Of a stretch of DNA of 64,000 nt, positions 9,831-18,094 are shown in pieces. The notes beneath the pieces are model-generated. The model worked only from the letters and a program-made list of their open reading frames with translations, made no database searches and was not told where the DNA came from. A program made the translations under genes and the position numbers. Source of the stretch: a virus; the IMG/VR virus record IMGVR_UViG_3300021478_000015, positions 32,001 through 96,000 of that record; one strand, given 5' to 3'. Numbering within the stretch: the stretch's first letter is position 1; the number at the start of each line of letters is the position of its first letter.

Positions 9831-10889
9831 TCAAGCAGCCACCTCCACGGGGCGCTCCTTGGCCCCCTCGCCGTCTGACTCGCCGTCCTTGGTCCAGCGG
9901 ATGCCCTGGACCCAGTCGGCGGCGTACTGGGCCTGGGAGGCGGCCTGCATGAGCCACTTGGGCTCGCTCTGCAGCTTGGACAGCCAGCCCTGTAGGTAGG
10001 CGGCCGAGTTGTCGATGGTGGAGTTCTCGATCCCGGCGATCCCGCACAGCATGGCGGCGGTCATCTCCGCGGTTAGCTCCTCCTTGGAGTAGCTGGTGTC
10101 CCCGAAGGAGTGCGACTCCATCAGGTCCTTGCGGGCCAGGCGGCTGGCGTGGCCCGTCGAGTGGCCCATCTCATGGAACAGGGTCGAGTAGTAGGCCTCG
10201 GGGGTGGTGAAGGCGGTGGGCTCGGGCATGCCGATGAAGTCCCGGCTGGGCGAGTAGTAGGCCCGGTTGCCGCCGTGGTGGACCTCGACCTCGGTGTAGC
10301 CGTCCGCCAGGGCCTGAGCCGCCTCGATGGCGTCGAACTCGGGGGCATCCTCGGCGGCCTCGGAGGGCTGGAACTTCTTCGGGAGCGTGCCCTGGTGGAC
10401 CTGATCCTGGTTCCAGACGTTGAACTCCTTGGGGAAGCGGATCCGGACCTTGCGGACCTTGCCGGTGGCCTCGTCCTTCTCCTCCTTGACGAAGCTCCCC
10501 CACCAGATGACCTTGGTGCATTTCTCGCCCTTGCGGACCCCGAAGTCGAGCCCCTCGGGATGGACCCAGGAGTTGCCCTCCTTGACCGCCCCGGCCTGGC
10601 GCGCCCACTCGTCGTAGGTGGCCCAGAAGGTGGACTTGTAGCCCTTCTCCAGGGCCTCGCCCAGGAGCAGCCAGAGGTTGATGCCCCGGTAGAGCTTGCC
10701 GGTGGAGACCGAGCGGGGGAACATGGAGCCGCCGTCCGCGGCCTTCCATTCCTGCAGCCAGATCAGCTTCTTGGTCTGCAGCGACAGGGCGCAGATGCGG
10801 TCAACGACCGACTGGTAGAGGTCCTTGCGGGGCTTGGCGGGGGTGACCCGGCCGGACTTGGTGGACTTGGACTTGGTGGTGGTGGCCAT
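9831..10889 (-). CDS. ardC: ArdC-like anti-restriction protein (ssDNA-binding domain plus zincin metallopeptidase)
   Basis: YRGIN, WATY..W, VRKGEK, F.VWN.DQ, AYYSP..D.I.MP, STLFHEMGHSTGH..RL.R, YSKEELTAE, SAAYLQGW; true start is the leaderless ATG at 10889. Confidence 0.88.
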   Translation of the reverse strand: MATTTKSKSTKSGRVTPAKPRKDLYQSVVDRICALSLQTKKLIWLQEWKAADGGSMFPRSVSTGKLYRGINLWLLLGEALEKGYKSTFWATYDEWARQAGAVKEGNSWVHPEGLDFGVRKGEKCTKVIWWGSFVKEEKDEATGKVRKVRIRFPKEFNVWNQDQVHQGTLPKKFQPSEAAEDAPEFDAIEAAQALADGYTEVEVHHGGNRAYYSPSRDFIGMPEPTAFTTPEAYYSTLFHEMGHSTGHASRLARKDLMESHSFGDTSYSKEELTAEMTAAMLCGIAGIENSTIDNSAAYLQGWLSKLQSEPKWLMQAASQAQYAADWVQGIRWTKDGESDGEGAKERPVEVAA

Positions 10890-10896
10890 GGGAAGT

Positions 10897-10928
10897 ACGT
10901 TAGCAGACTTTCTTAGAGGGCGCAAGTC
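10897..10928 (-). promoter_or_regulatory. Repeated phage promoter, copy 2
   Basis: GAC TTGCGC cctctaagaaagtctgc TAACGT acttccc ATG. Confidence 0.9.
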
Positions 10929-10947
10929 ACCTTTGGCAAGAATGGCA

Positions 10948-10986
10948 AGAAAAGCGAGAGCCCCCGGTTGTAAGTCGGGGGCTCTC
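10948..10986 (-). terminator. Intrinsic terminator
   Basis: Perfect 11-bp stem GAGAGCCCCCG/CGGGGGCTCTC followed by GCTTTTCTT. Confidence 0.85.
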
Positions 10987-11362
10987 ATTCCAGGTTGTGC
11001 TCGGTCCTGCGGTCCTGCCTGACGTGACCCGGAGCTTGGTTGCATCGCAGCTTGGTGGGCCAGGAGGCCCTCCCACTCTCTCCGGCAGGGTTAGCGTCCC
11101 TGCGTACTCTGTGGTTTTGATTGTCAGCGGTCAGTTCCCTGGGCTCAAGCCGTTCGCCCGAGGGCTCCCCGGATTCGACTACGCACGCCCTGGTGACCCG
11201 ACACTTAGCCCCGAGGGGCACTTCAGTGCCGGTGCCACTTCGAGTCGCGGTACCGGGGATGTAAGAGGGATGGGACGGGTGCGGAGGCTGGCCACTGGGC
11301 GGGCCTCCCTTCTGACTGCGGTGCGGGTTACGCCATAGCTTCCTTTCTCGATCGGTGAGTAC
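10948..11362 (-). ncRNA. Candidate ~415-nt structured non-coding RNA of unknown family
   Basis: Bounded by promoter copy 3 and a terminator; no start codon at predicted +1; many hairpins and a 5'/3' closing helix. Confidence 0.65.
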
Positions 11363-11369
11363 AGGAAGC

Positions 11370-11401
11370 ACGTTAGCAAGGATTCCTAGAGAAGTCAAGT
11401 C
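11370..11401 (-). promoter_or_regulatory. Repeated phage promoter, copy 3 (drives candidate ncRNA)
   Basis: GAC TTGACT tctctaggaatccttgc TAACGT gcttcct G. Confidence 0.85.
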
Positions 11402-11579
11402 ACCTGCGGCGGGACTTGGAGTTCTCCCGGCGGGGATTACCGATGTGCCAGCAGGAGCACCAGGCGCACCGGTAGCTCCGGGTGGCCCAGCCTCGCGCCC
11501 GTGCTGCCTTGGCCACGTCGTTGGCTACCTCCCGCGTGGCGTACTGGTGCTTGCCGGTGACGCAGTCGCTGCCCTTCAT
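11400..11579 (-). CDS. Small basic Zn-binding protein
   Basis: C.TGK..Y.T...A...A; YRCAWCSCWHIG. Confidence 0.55.
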   Translation of the reverse strand: MKGSDCVTGKHQYATREVANDVAKAARARGWATRSYRCAWCSCWHIGNPRRENSKSRRR

Positions 11580-11583
11580 GGGC

Positions 11584-11919
11584 TCACGCCTGGTGCAGGA
11601 GGGCCTGCTCCTTGGTGGTGAGCAGCTTCTCGATGTCATGCTCCCAGATGGACTCGCAGACACTGGCCAGGGTGCCGTCCTTTAACCGCCAGCGGACGGT
11701 GTAGGAATACTCCCCGGCCTCCTGGTGGATGTGGACGGTGACGATCTCGGCGTGGCGGGGAGCCCGGCCATGGCGGCCTGGGAGCTTCCTGAAGGCCCGC
11801 ACGGTGTCGCCTTCGTGGTACTTCGAGCCCGCCACCTGAGCGGCGTACAGCGCCTCCTGGGCGGCCTCCAGAGCCTCCTGGCACCGGGTCACCTCAGCGG
11901 CTAGCTCCTTGATGGTCAT
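11584..11919 (-). CDS. Hypothetical protein
   Basis: TGATG-coupled ORF in minus-strand operon. Confidence 0.6.
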   Translation of the reverse strand: MTIKELAAEVTRCQEALEAAQEALYAAQVAGSKYHEGDTVRAFRKLPGRHGRAPRHAEIVTVHIHQEAGEYSYTVRWRLKDGTLASVCESIWEHDIEKLLTTKEQALLHQA

Positions 11920-12503
11920 CAGAAGTACAGGCCTTTCGGGTTCACGTCGGTGACCATGCCCAGCACGTCGATGGGGATCATGGCCCTCAGCTTGGGGGTG
12001 GCGTCCATGGCGGTGAAGATCTCCCTAGCAGGCCAACCGCCGACCGGGGCGTGGGCCAAGACTCTCCAGCCCTCCTGATCGAGCCCTGTGGGGCTCGCCA
12101 AGCGGAGAAAACGGCTCGCCTCACGTCCTGGGTCTACGGCAAGCTCTATGACCTCTGAGACGGGCTCAGGGGGCCGTCCCCACGCCCAGATGGATCCGGA
12201 GCCGTGAGGGACGTGGGGACGGTCGGACGCCCTGGCCATCAGGATGGTAGGGGCGCTGGTGTCGTAGCTCCACAGCGTGGCGTCCACTACCGTCACCTCG
12301 GGGTCGTAGGGGTCGCCCAGGACGGCCCAGGAGTGTTGCGAGCCCACGCCGCGGCAGCCTCCGCGGGCCACTCGGGCTCCCTCGGGCAGCAGACCGGAGC
12401 GGACGATGGCCAGGCTGACCGAGTGGCACTGGTGTGCCCAGTGGTCCTTGGGGATGTCGATGGCAGCCTCGACCGCCTCGACGGTGGGTGCGGTGAAGGT
12501 CAC
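11919..12503 (-). CDS. Possible transglutaminase/papain-like protein
   Basis: Candidate Cys-His-Asp triad: QCHSVS, QHSW, VDAT. Confidence 0.45.
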   Translation of the reverse strand: MTFTAPTVEAVEAAIDIPKDHWAHQCHSVSLAIVRSGLLPEGARVARGGCRGVGSQHSWAVLGDPYDPEVTVVDATLWSYDTSAPTILMARASDRPHVPHGSGSIWAWGRPPEPVSEVIELAVDPGREASRFLRLASPTGLDQEGWRVLAHAPVGGWPAREIFTAMDATPKLRAMIPIDVLGMVTDVNPKGLYF

Positions 12504-12709
12504 TTGTACATCTCCTTATGGCGGGGGCAGTAGTCGAAGCCGTCCACCTTCCAGCCTGCGGCCTTGGCCGCTTTGCGGATGGCGGGCCGGGACTGGATGC
12601 CGTCGTAGGCGAAGGCGGCGGTGCAGGACTTCATGTCCCGCAGGGGATCGCCGCCTGCAGGCAGGTCGGCCCCGTCGCAGGTCACGGTCATTTGCTGGCG
12701 GACGCTCAT
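12500..12709 (-). CDS. Small Zn-binding protein
   Basis: TCD...C...A...GW.....DYCPRH; ATGA-coupled. Confidence 0.6.
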   Translation of the reverse strand: MSVRQQMTVTCDGADLPAGGDPLRDMKSCTAAFAYDGIQSRPAIRKAAKAAGWKVDGFDYCPRHKEMYK

Positions 12710-12945
12710 GGCTTGGCCACCGCATCCCGGCCCGTGTACCAGCCGATGGGACGCTGGTCAGCCCCAGGGTTGGGGCCAGCGTGGAAGTGGTTGGGGGTGT
12801 AGCGATGGTGCTGGTTGGCGTGCCAGCGGCTCATCTCGGTGAAGGTCCAGCTATGGCGCTTGACCGAGGACCGGGCCGCCTGGGTGCCGTGCATCTCTTG
12901 GATGTGATCGAACAGCACCTGCTTGGGGGTGGTGGTCTGTGGCAT
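12706..12945 (-). CDS. His-rich hypothetical protein, leaderless
   Basis: ATG 7 nt after promoter copy 4; starts MPQTTT. Confidence 0.65.
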   Translation of the reverse strand: MPQTTTPKQVLFDHIQEMHGTQAARSSVKRHSWTFTEMSRWHANQHHRYTPNHFHAGPNPGADQRPIGWYTGRDAVAKP

Positions 12946-12952
12946 GGCAAGC

Positions 12953-12984
12953 ACCTTAGCAGGAATCCTTAGAGGGCGCAAGTC
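12953..12984 (-). promoter_or_regulatory. Repeated phage promoter, copy 4
   Basis: GAC TTGCGC cctctaaggattcctgc TAAGGT gcttgcc ATG. Confidence 0.88.
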
Positions 12985-12992
12985 GCCCAGGA

Positions 12993-14279
12993 CTACCAGC
13001 CCCAGGGGGCGATGGGCTCCCAGCCCAGCTTGGCCGTCACCTTGTTGATGGCGTCCTGGATGGCGTGCTGGGTCGCGTCTTCGCGGGCCTCGGGATGGCC
13101 CTGGTCGGCCACCCAGTCAGAGCCCTCACAGACACGGCCTTCGAGGTCAGCCCGCTGGAGCTTCCCGGTGCTGATCTCGCTGAGTATCAGCGTGACCATG
13201 CGGTGGACGGTAACGCCGCCCATGTGAGAGGGCATCTGATAAGGGGGAATCTCGCTCTTGGCCGGGCACTTTGATTTCGGTTGTGTCTTAGTAGTGGTCA
13301 TGGTGGACATCTTATCAAACTTCCTTATAGTAGCGGCGGTAGTTGTGGGGATTTGTGTCTTTGTTGTGAGGAAGGGGTCCAGGAGATCGCGGAAGTCTTC
13401 GTTCGTAGTGAGATCCCATATCGGAAACTTAATATCCTCGTTGTACTTCCGGTATAACCGGGCTGCTTCTAAATAATCAGGATCGCACCACTCACCCTCA
13501 TGCACCAGTCCGGTGATGCGGAAGTCACTATTCTCAAGGTCTGGGTAGTCCATCCAGCCCTTGGCCGGGGTAACGAGATGTCTGGGTGTCCTATGCCGCT
13601 CTTCCGGGCTGGCGGCGTCGTACCAGGCCTGCCATTCAGGTGTCCTTCTAAACCTGGAGTCCCTACTACTAGTATCCTTCCAGATCTTTCGTTGCTGTGC
13701 GTATCGTTGCACCCATCTCTTTATCTCAGTATCAGGCCAATCCTTGATTGCAGCCTGGGTTAACGCAGGTGGTACGTTGATCACATACATCAGCTTTGGT
13801 ATCTTGTGACCGGCTGCATAGTCTCTTGCTATTGCTTCGCTGAACTGAGTATGGGGGACTACTAGTGTCTGATCTGTTATCAGGCTGGATCCGACTCTTA
13901 TATTGGTGGATCCGAGTTCTCCATATCCACCGTAGCAAGGATGAATCAGTATCTTGGCCTTAGGGGGTCCTCCACTCACGTTTCTCACGTATTCAGGCGG
14001 TAGTAGCCTGTGGTGTAAGCGCTTGCTCTTGCCCTCGTCGTAGTTTCTGATCGTGGCTGGCCCATATACTTCAGCTATGCAATGCTCTCCTGTCTGTTGA
14101 GTCATGTCCGTCAACAGAGGATCGACAATGGATGTCACGATTTCCCACCAGGGCCAGCAGTTCGTGTTGGGTATGTACGATCCTGAGCCCTGACTGCCGT
14201 TCAGTAGCTGGCGGGAATCGATCACTGATCCATCGGTCAGGGTCATGGGGCCGCCGATGAGGATTATGGTGATGCTCAT
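12993..14279 (-). CDS. AT-rich paralogue B, fused in frame to a downstream ~102-aa gene (12993..13301)
   Basis: ATG overlaps stop of paralogue A; shares N- and C-terminal blocks with 14276..15067. Confidence 0.65.
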   Translation of the reverse strand: MSITIILIGGPMTLTDGSVIDSRQLLNGSQGSGSYIPNTNCWPWWEIVTSIVDPLLTDMTQQTGEHCIAEVYGPATIRNYDEGKSKRLHHRLLPPEYVRNVSGGPPKAKILIHPCYGGYGELGSTNIRVGSSLITDQTLVVPHTQFSEAIARDYAAGHKIPKLMYVINVPPALTQAAIKDWPDTEIKRWVQRYAQQRKIWKDTSSRDSRFRRTPEWQAWYDAASPEERHRTPRHLVTPAKGWMDYPDLENSDFRITGLVHEGEWCDPDYLEAARLYRKYNEDIKFPIWDLTTNEDFRDLLDPFLTTKTQIPTTTAATIRKFDKMSTMTTTKTQPKSKCPAKSEIPPYQMPSHMGGVTVHRMVTLILSEISTGKLQRADLEGRVCEGSDWVADQGHPEAREDATQHAIQDAINKVTAKLGWEPIAPWGW

Positions 14280-14455
14280 GTCGCCACCAGGAAGGGATCC
14301 AGGAGATCGCGGAAGTCTTCGTTCGTAGCGAGATCCCATATCGGGAACTTGATGTCCTCGTTGTGCTCCAGGTACCGCCGGGCTGCCTCCAGGTAGCAAG
14401 GGTCACACCACTTGCCACCCTTGACAAGACCTGTGATGCTGAAGTCACCATCCTC
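13371..14455. repeat. Diverged ~165-bp direct repeat (13371-13535 and 14291-14455), the 3' ends of the two paralogues
   Basis: CCAGGAGATCGCGGAAGTCTTCGTTCGTAGyGAGATCCCATATCGG present in both copies. Confidence 0.85.
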
Positions 14456-15067
14456 AGTGAATAGATCGCTGTTAGGAGATGCTTTAGTTTGAGGATGTTG
14501 ATTCTGGCGGTTCCAGCGATGTTCGCTGAACTGGTTGTGCGGAAGGATTATTATTTGCGCTGAATCAAAGCCTCTGATGTCTTGATTGTAATATGAGCGA
14601 ATCTGTATTCTCACATCACGCTTATACTTGGGTGAGCGTTGAGGATAGTACTCTATATCTGGGTTGGATGAGAGTAGGAGTTGGTTCAATCTAGAGTACT
14701 TGGCTAAGGCTATCCTATAAGGTCCTTCAATGATAGGCCTAATAGTGGGGATGCTTGATCTTAGGAGGGTTTCTAGATTTCTTCTTCTTGGCTTACCATT
14801 GCTAAACTCCATAGTCCACAGCGGGCAATCCTTGATCTCAGCTAGGGAGTGATCTCCGATCTGAGTTTCGAAGTCCTTTTGTCCGAAGCCTTGAAGTAAT
14901 GGATTGACTATTGAAATCACTGTTTCCCACCATGACCAACAGTTCGTATGTACTCTCATACTCGGGTATGTATACGGTAGTTGTCTAGAGTCAATGGTAG
15001 ATCCATCGGATAGGGTTATGAGACCACCGATGAGAATGATGGTGGTAGGCTCCTTAGCTAGCGACAT
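14276..15067 (-). CDS. AT-rich paralogue A
   Basis: TIILIGG..TL.DGS.IDSRQL..NCW.WWE and DF.ITGLV..G.WCDP.YLEAAR.Y...NEDIKFPIWDL.TNEDFRDLLDPFL shared with paralogue B. Confidence 0.65.
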   Translation of the reverse strand: MSLAKEPTTIILIGGLITLSDGSTIDSRQLPYTYPSMRVHTNCWSWWETVISIVNPLLQGFGQKDFETQIGDHSLAEIKDCPLWTMEFSNGKPRRRNLETLLRSSIPTIRPIIEGPYRIALAKYSRLNQLLLSSNPDIEYYPQRSPKYKRDVRIQIRSYYNQDIRGFDSAQIIILPHNQFSEHRWNRQNQHPQTKASPNSDLFTEDGDFSITGLVKGGKWCDPCYLEAARRYLEHNEDIKFPIWDLATNEDFRDLLDPFLVAT

Positions 15068-16949
15068 GGTATTGATCCTGGTAGGCAAGGAGTCTTTCTC
15101 TAAGTCTTTTGTTGCGTGAAGCTGCCAGAGCAAGAGTCGTAGCATCGACGGTTACTAGCTTGCCACGTTGTCTTTGATCTTCGATGTACAACTCGGCGCA
15201 CTCGATGAGCTTGACGGTGCCATATCCCCCTTGGGTGTCATAGGCGTCTCCTAGCTCAGCCACGGTGCCCAGGGGCTCGAATCGGACTCTCGGCTTAGGA
15301 GCACCCCGGACCTTGACTACCGGGGGATTAGCAGGCTCACCCTCGATCACGGTGAGGGGTGGTAACAGAGGGACCTCTCGTCTTATCCGTTCGGCCATGG
15401 AGATCAGGTCGGGATCGGCGGGCATGTAGATCCGGCCGATGTTGGTCGGGTCGTTGGGATCGATTCGCATCACCCGGCCCACGATCTGGCGGAAAGCCAG
15501 CTTGGTCTTGGTATTGGTCAGGTAGACCACGGCTCGCAGACGGCGGATGTCGATGCCCTCCGAGATCATGTTGACGGCCACCAGCCAGCGCTTGCTGGCA
15601 TGGTGGGCCTTGAACTGGCGGATGACATCGGCGGCATTTTGATCGTCAGGGTTGGTGTCCTTGGACCAGGCCTTCATCGGTTTGATACCGGTGATCTTCT
15701 CTAGGCGCTTGGCGATGCGTTCGGCGTGATCACAGTCGTAACACACCACTAATCCGGCAGCATCAGGATCACCATTGTCGCGGATATCGATCAGCCAATC
15801 ATTGGCTTTGTGTATTAGCTGATCGGTGATGGTCCCATCCCCGATGCAATCCAGGGCGGTAAGCAGACGGCGTTTCTTTCCGAGTGTGCTTACATCCGGG
15901 TCGTTAAAGTCGAGGGTGTGCTCGGTGCCGTCCTCGTTGCGGAAGGTGGTCGATCCCTGGGTAGTGAGGAACTGCACCCGGCGGCAGGCCGGAGGTTTGT
16001 CCCGAAGAGCATGGCCATAGGTGTAGCGATAGAGCGGTTTGGCAGCACCTCCGGTATGGGGCACGAAGGCAATCTTCTTGGCGTCGGTACGGAACGGGGT
16101 CCCTGACATCGACAGGATGCACCGGGCTCCCTGGGCGAAGGCGGTCTGGGCGGCCAGGCCCCAGGTCTTGTCGGTGGCGACGTGGTGGACCTCATCGAAG
16201 ATGACCAGGGTGTTGTGGTGAACGTTGGTGGTCGTCCGGCCCTTTTTCTCGATACTGATGTCAGTGGCGTGGGCCAGGAAGGTGTCAGTCATTCTGGCCA
16301 GGGATTGGTAGCTGAGGACCGCTCCCACAGCGTTGTCTGGGATGGCCCTGGTGGGCCTCCAGATCGCCCCTCTGGTGCTAACCAGGGGCAGGGTGGGGTT
16401 GTCGGGCTCTCGCTTGCTGGCGGCTAGCAGCCAGCCGTCTGCGATGCCGATGGTGTGAACCACCACCAACACCCGCGAGATCTCCCCAGCCTTGATCAGA
16501 TGGTGGGCTACCTCCAGGGCCAGGCGGGTCTTGCCTGCACCGGGGCAGGCCTCGATCAGTACCGGGTCGTTCAGGATACGGGGTAGGATCTTGTCCAGAG
16601 CCTGCTCCTGCCAGTGCCGGAGCCTGTCGTCCCCGGCTGCCAGCAGGTCCAGGTTGAACTGCTTGGCCAGGGTCTCGTAGGTCTGGTTGCCCTTGCGGGC
16701 GTTGCAATGACGGCACAGGGCCATGAGGTTGGAGTAGACGGTGCGGCCACCCTTGCTCCAGGGGAAGACGTGGTCGCCGTCGAAGAGGTCACGGGGAAGC
16801 TCGCGCTGGCAGGGCGGGCACTTCCTGCCTTGGGCCTCCCACTTGCGGATCACCTCGGCGCGGCTGAACCTCCGGTGAGGATCCCGTTGATCCAGGGGTA
16901 CGTCAGGGATCTTGGGCTCGCCCAGCAGGACGGCTCCGGTGAGGTTCAT
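15054..16949 (-). CDS. HNH endonuclease fused to SF2 (DEAD/ResIII-like) helicase
   Basis: CPPC..DHVFPWSKGG.T..SNL..LCRHCN..KG; LRHWQ, PGAGKT, FDEVHH, SGTPFR, SEGIDI, QIVGRVMR. Confidence 0.88.
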   Translation of the reverse strand: MNLTGAVLLGEPKIPDVPLDQRDPHRRFSRAEVIRKWEAQGRKCPPCQRELPRDLFDGDHVFPWSKGGRTVYSNLMALCRHCNARKGNQTYETLAKQFNLDLLAAGDDRLRHWQEQALDKILPRILNDPVLIEACPGAGKTRLALEVAHHLIKAGEISRVLVVVHTIGIADGWLLAASKREPDNPTLPLVSTRGAIWRPTRAIPDNAVGAVLSYQSLARMTDTFLAHATDISIEKKGRTTTNVHHNTLVIFDEVHHVATDKTWGLAAQTAFAQGARCILSMSGTPFRTDAKKIAFVPHTGGAAKPLYRYTYGHALRDKPPACRRVQFLTTQGSTTFRNEDGTEHTLDFNDPDVSTLGKKRRLLTALDCIGDGTITDQLIHKANDWLIDIRDNGDPDAAGLVVCYDCDHAERIAKRLEKITGIKPMKAWSKDTNPDDQNAADVIRQFKAHHASKRWLVAVNMISEGIDIRRLRAVVYLTNTKTKLAFRQIVGRVMRIDPNDPTNIGRIYMPADPDLISMAERIRREVPLLPPLTVIEGEPANPPVVKVRGAPKPRVRFEPLGTVAELGDAYDTQGGYGTVKLIECAELYIEDQRQRGKLVTVDATTLALAASRNKRLRERLLAYQDQYHVAS

Positions 16950-17088
16950 GACTCCACCTGGACCCGGCCCCGGCAGGCGCGCTTAGCGGCCACCTTCTTC
17001 TTGGACTGGACGGTCTTGGCCCGCAGGGGGACGTGGGGGTTCATGACCCGCGCCCCAGGGCGGGCGGAGGTGCGTCTGGGCTTGGCCA

Positions 17089-17340
17089 TCAGACCTCCAC
17101 CTCCACGGTGACCTTGCCACCCTCGATGGCGACCAGCTTGGCCCCCAACCGGCGCACACGGGCCAACACGGCCCCGGAGGAGGAGTGGGCGTAGCCCACG
17201 ATCTCAGCCCCGGTGAAGGTCTTCTCGAAGCCCACGCCCCGGCCGTTCCGGACGATCATCTCGCCCTTGGCGTAGTGGGCCTTGACCAAAGCGAACTTGG
17301 CCCCGGAGCGGGTCTTGATGGTGACGGTGGTGGTGGTCAT
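17089..17340 (-). CDS. Small basic protein, leaderless
   Basis: ATG 7 nt after promoter copy 5; starts MTTTT. Confidence 0.65.
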   Translation of the reverse strand: MTTTTVTIKTRSGAKFALVKAHYAKGEMIVRNGRGVGFEKTFTGAEIVGYAHSSSGAVLARVRRLGAKLVAIEGGKVTVEVEV

Positions 17341-17347
17341 GGGAAGT

Positions 17348-17379
17348 ACCTTAGCAAACTTTCTTAGAGGGTGCAAGTC
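17348..17379 (-). promoter_or_regulatory. Repeated phage promoter, copy 5
   Basis: GAC TTGCAC cctctaagaaagtttgc TAAGGT acttccc ATG. Confidence 0.9.
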
Positions 17380-17390
17380 ACCCCGGACGC

Positions 17391-17420
17391 GAAGAAGGAG
17401 GTCCCTTAGAGGACCTCCCT
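17391..17420 (-). terminator. Hairpin terminator
   Basis: GGAGGTCC/GGACCTCC stem followed by TTCTTC on minus strand, just upstream of promoter copy 5. Confidence 0.65.
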
Positions 17421-17448
17421 CTTGCTTCCTGCCGCCCCTGCAGGAGAC

Positions 17449-17694
17449 TTAGATCTTGACGGGCTGCTTCACCTCCCGGACGAACCGGCGCACCGGCCCG
17501 GCCTGGGGGTAGGTGTGGTAGATCCCCACCGAGGTCACCTCGGGGTGCTCGGCCAGGAAGGTCTCGGCAAAGCCCAGGGCGGACTGCTCGGCGGCGGCCT
17601 GGCGCTTACCGGCTGAGGCCTGGATCATCAGGCTGCGCCGGTCGCCCTGGCGGGGCTCGATCTCGTATTCGTGCTTGTCACTGGGGGTACGCAT
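17449..17694 (-). CDS. Hypothetical protein
   Basis: AAGGAA Shine-Dalgarno upstream; GC-rich codon usage. Confidence 0.6.
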   Translation of the reverse strand: MRTPSDKHEYEIEPRQGDRRSLMIQASAGKRQAAAEQSALGFAETFLAEHPEVTSVGIYHTYPQAGPVRRFVREVKQPVKI

Positions 17695-17719
17695 GGCGTT
17701 TTCCTTACTTACTAGTAGG

Positions 17720-18094
17720 TCAGATGATGGTGTCTTTGTTCACGGTCCCGCAGCGGCTGCAGGTCCGGTATTCGTAGGTCCCACCGGCCACCACGTAGTC
17801 ATGAGGAAGATGGGCCGGGGTCCGGCCGCAGACCGGGTCGTACTCGATGGTGCGAGCCTCGCCCAGGTGCTCCCAGCCGATGATGTCCAGGATGTGCCGG
17901 TCGGTCTGGGTGTAGAAGTCATGGACGACCATGCCCTGGCCATCACAGGGCTCTGTCTGCTCCCAGGGCTCACTCTGCTCCGCCCGGACGCTCAGGAAGC
18001 CTCCACAGGCCTCACAGCGGGGCTGGACGGCCTCCTGGCCCTCGTAGTCAGGCTCCCTGGTCGCCCAGGCGTCGTAGCCGCGCAGGCCTACCAT
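17720..18094 (-). CDS. Cys-rich hypothetical protein
   Basis: CEACG..CSRCG; start reassigned to the ATG overlapping the upstream gene. Confidence 0.5.
   Translation of the reverse strand: MVGLRGYDAWATREPDYEGQEAVQPRCEACGGFLSVRAEQSEPWEQTEPCDGQGMVVHDFYTQTDRHILDIIGWEHLGEARTIEYDPVCGRTPAHLPHDYVVAGGTYEYRTCSRCGTVNKDTII

Noticed and set aside
10890-11045. N-terminal extension of ArdC in the ORF track (likewise starts at 12981, 17376, 18620, 47341, 51141, 52027, 55119)
   Set aside because: These extensions start within or run through the repeated promoter motif; leaderless ATGs downstream of the -10 are better starts
11161-11187. Plus-strand AGGGCTCCCCGGATTCGACTACGC resembles the 5' end of tmRNA
   Set aside because: Opposite strand to the promoter and terminator; no matching T-arm/CCA 3' end or tag reading frame found. 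A cmscan/ARAGORN run would settle it.
10985-11398. 137-aa minus-strand ORF over the candidate ncRNA
   Set aside because: Its TTG start is the -35 box itself, upstream of the predicted TSS, and codon usage is atypical
13371-14455. Repeat pair as a DGR template/variable region
   Set aside because: Differences are not adenine-specific, both copies are coding 3' ends, and there is no reverse transcriptase in the window
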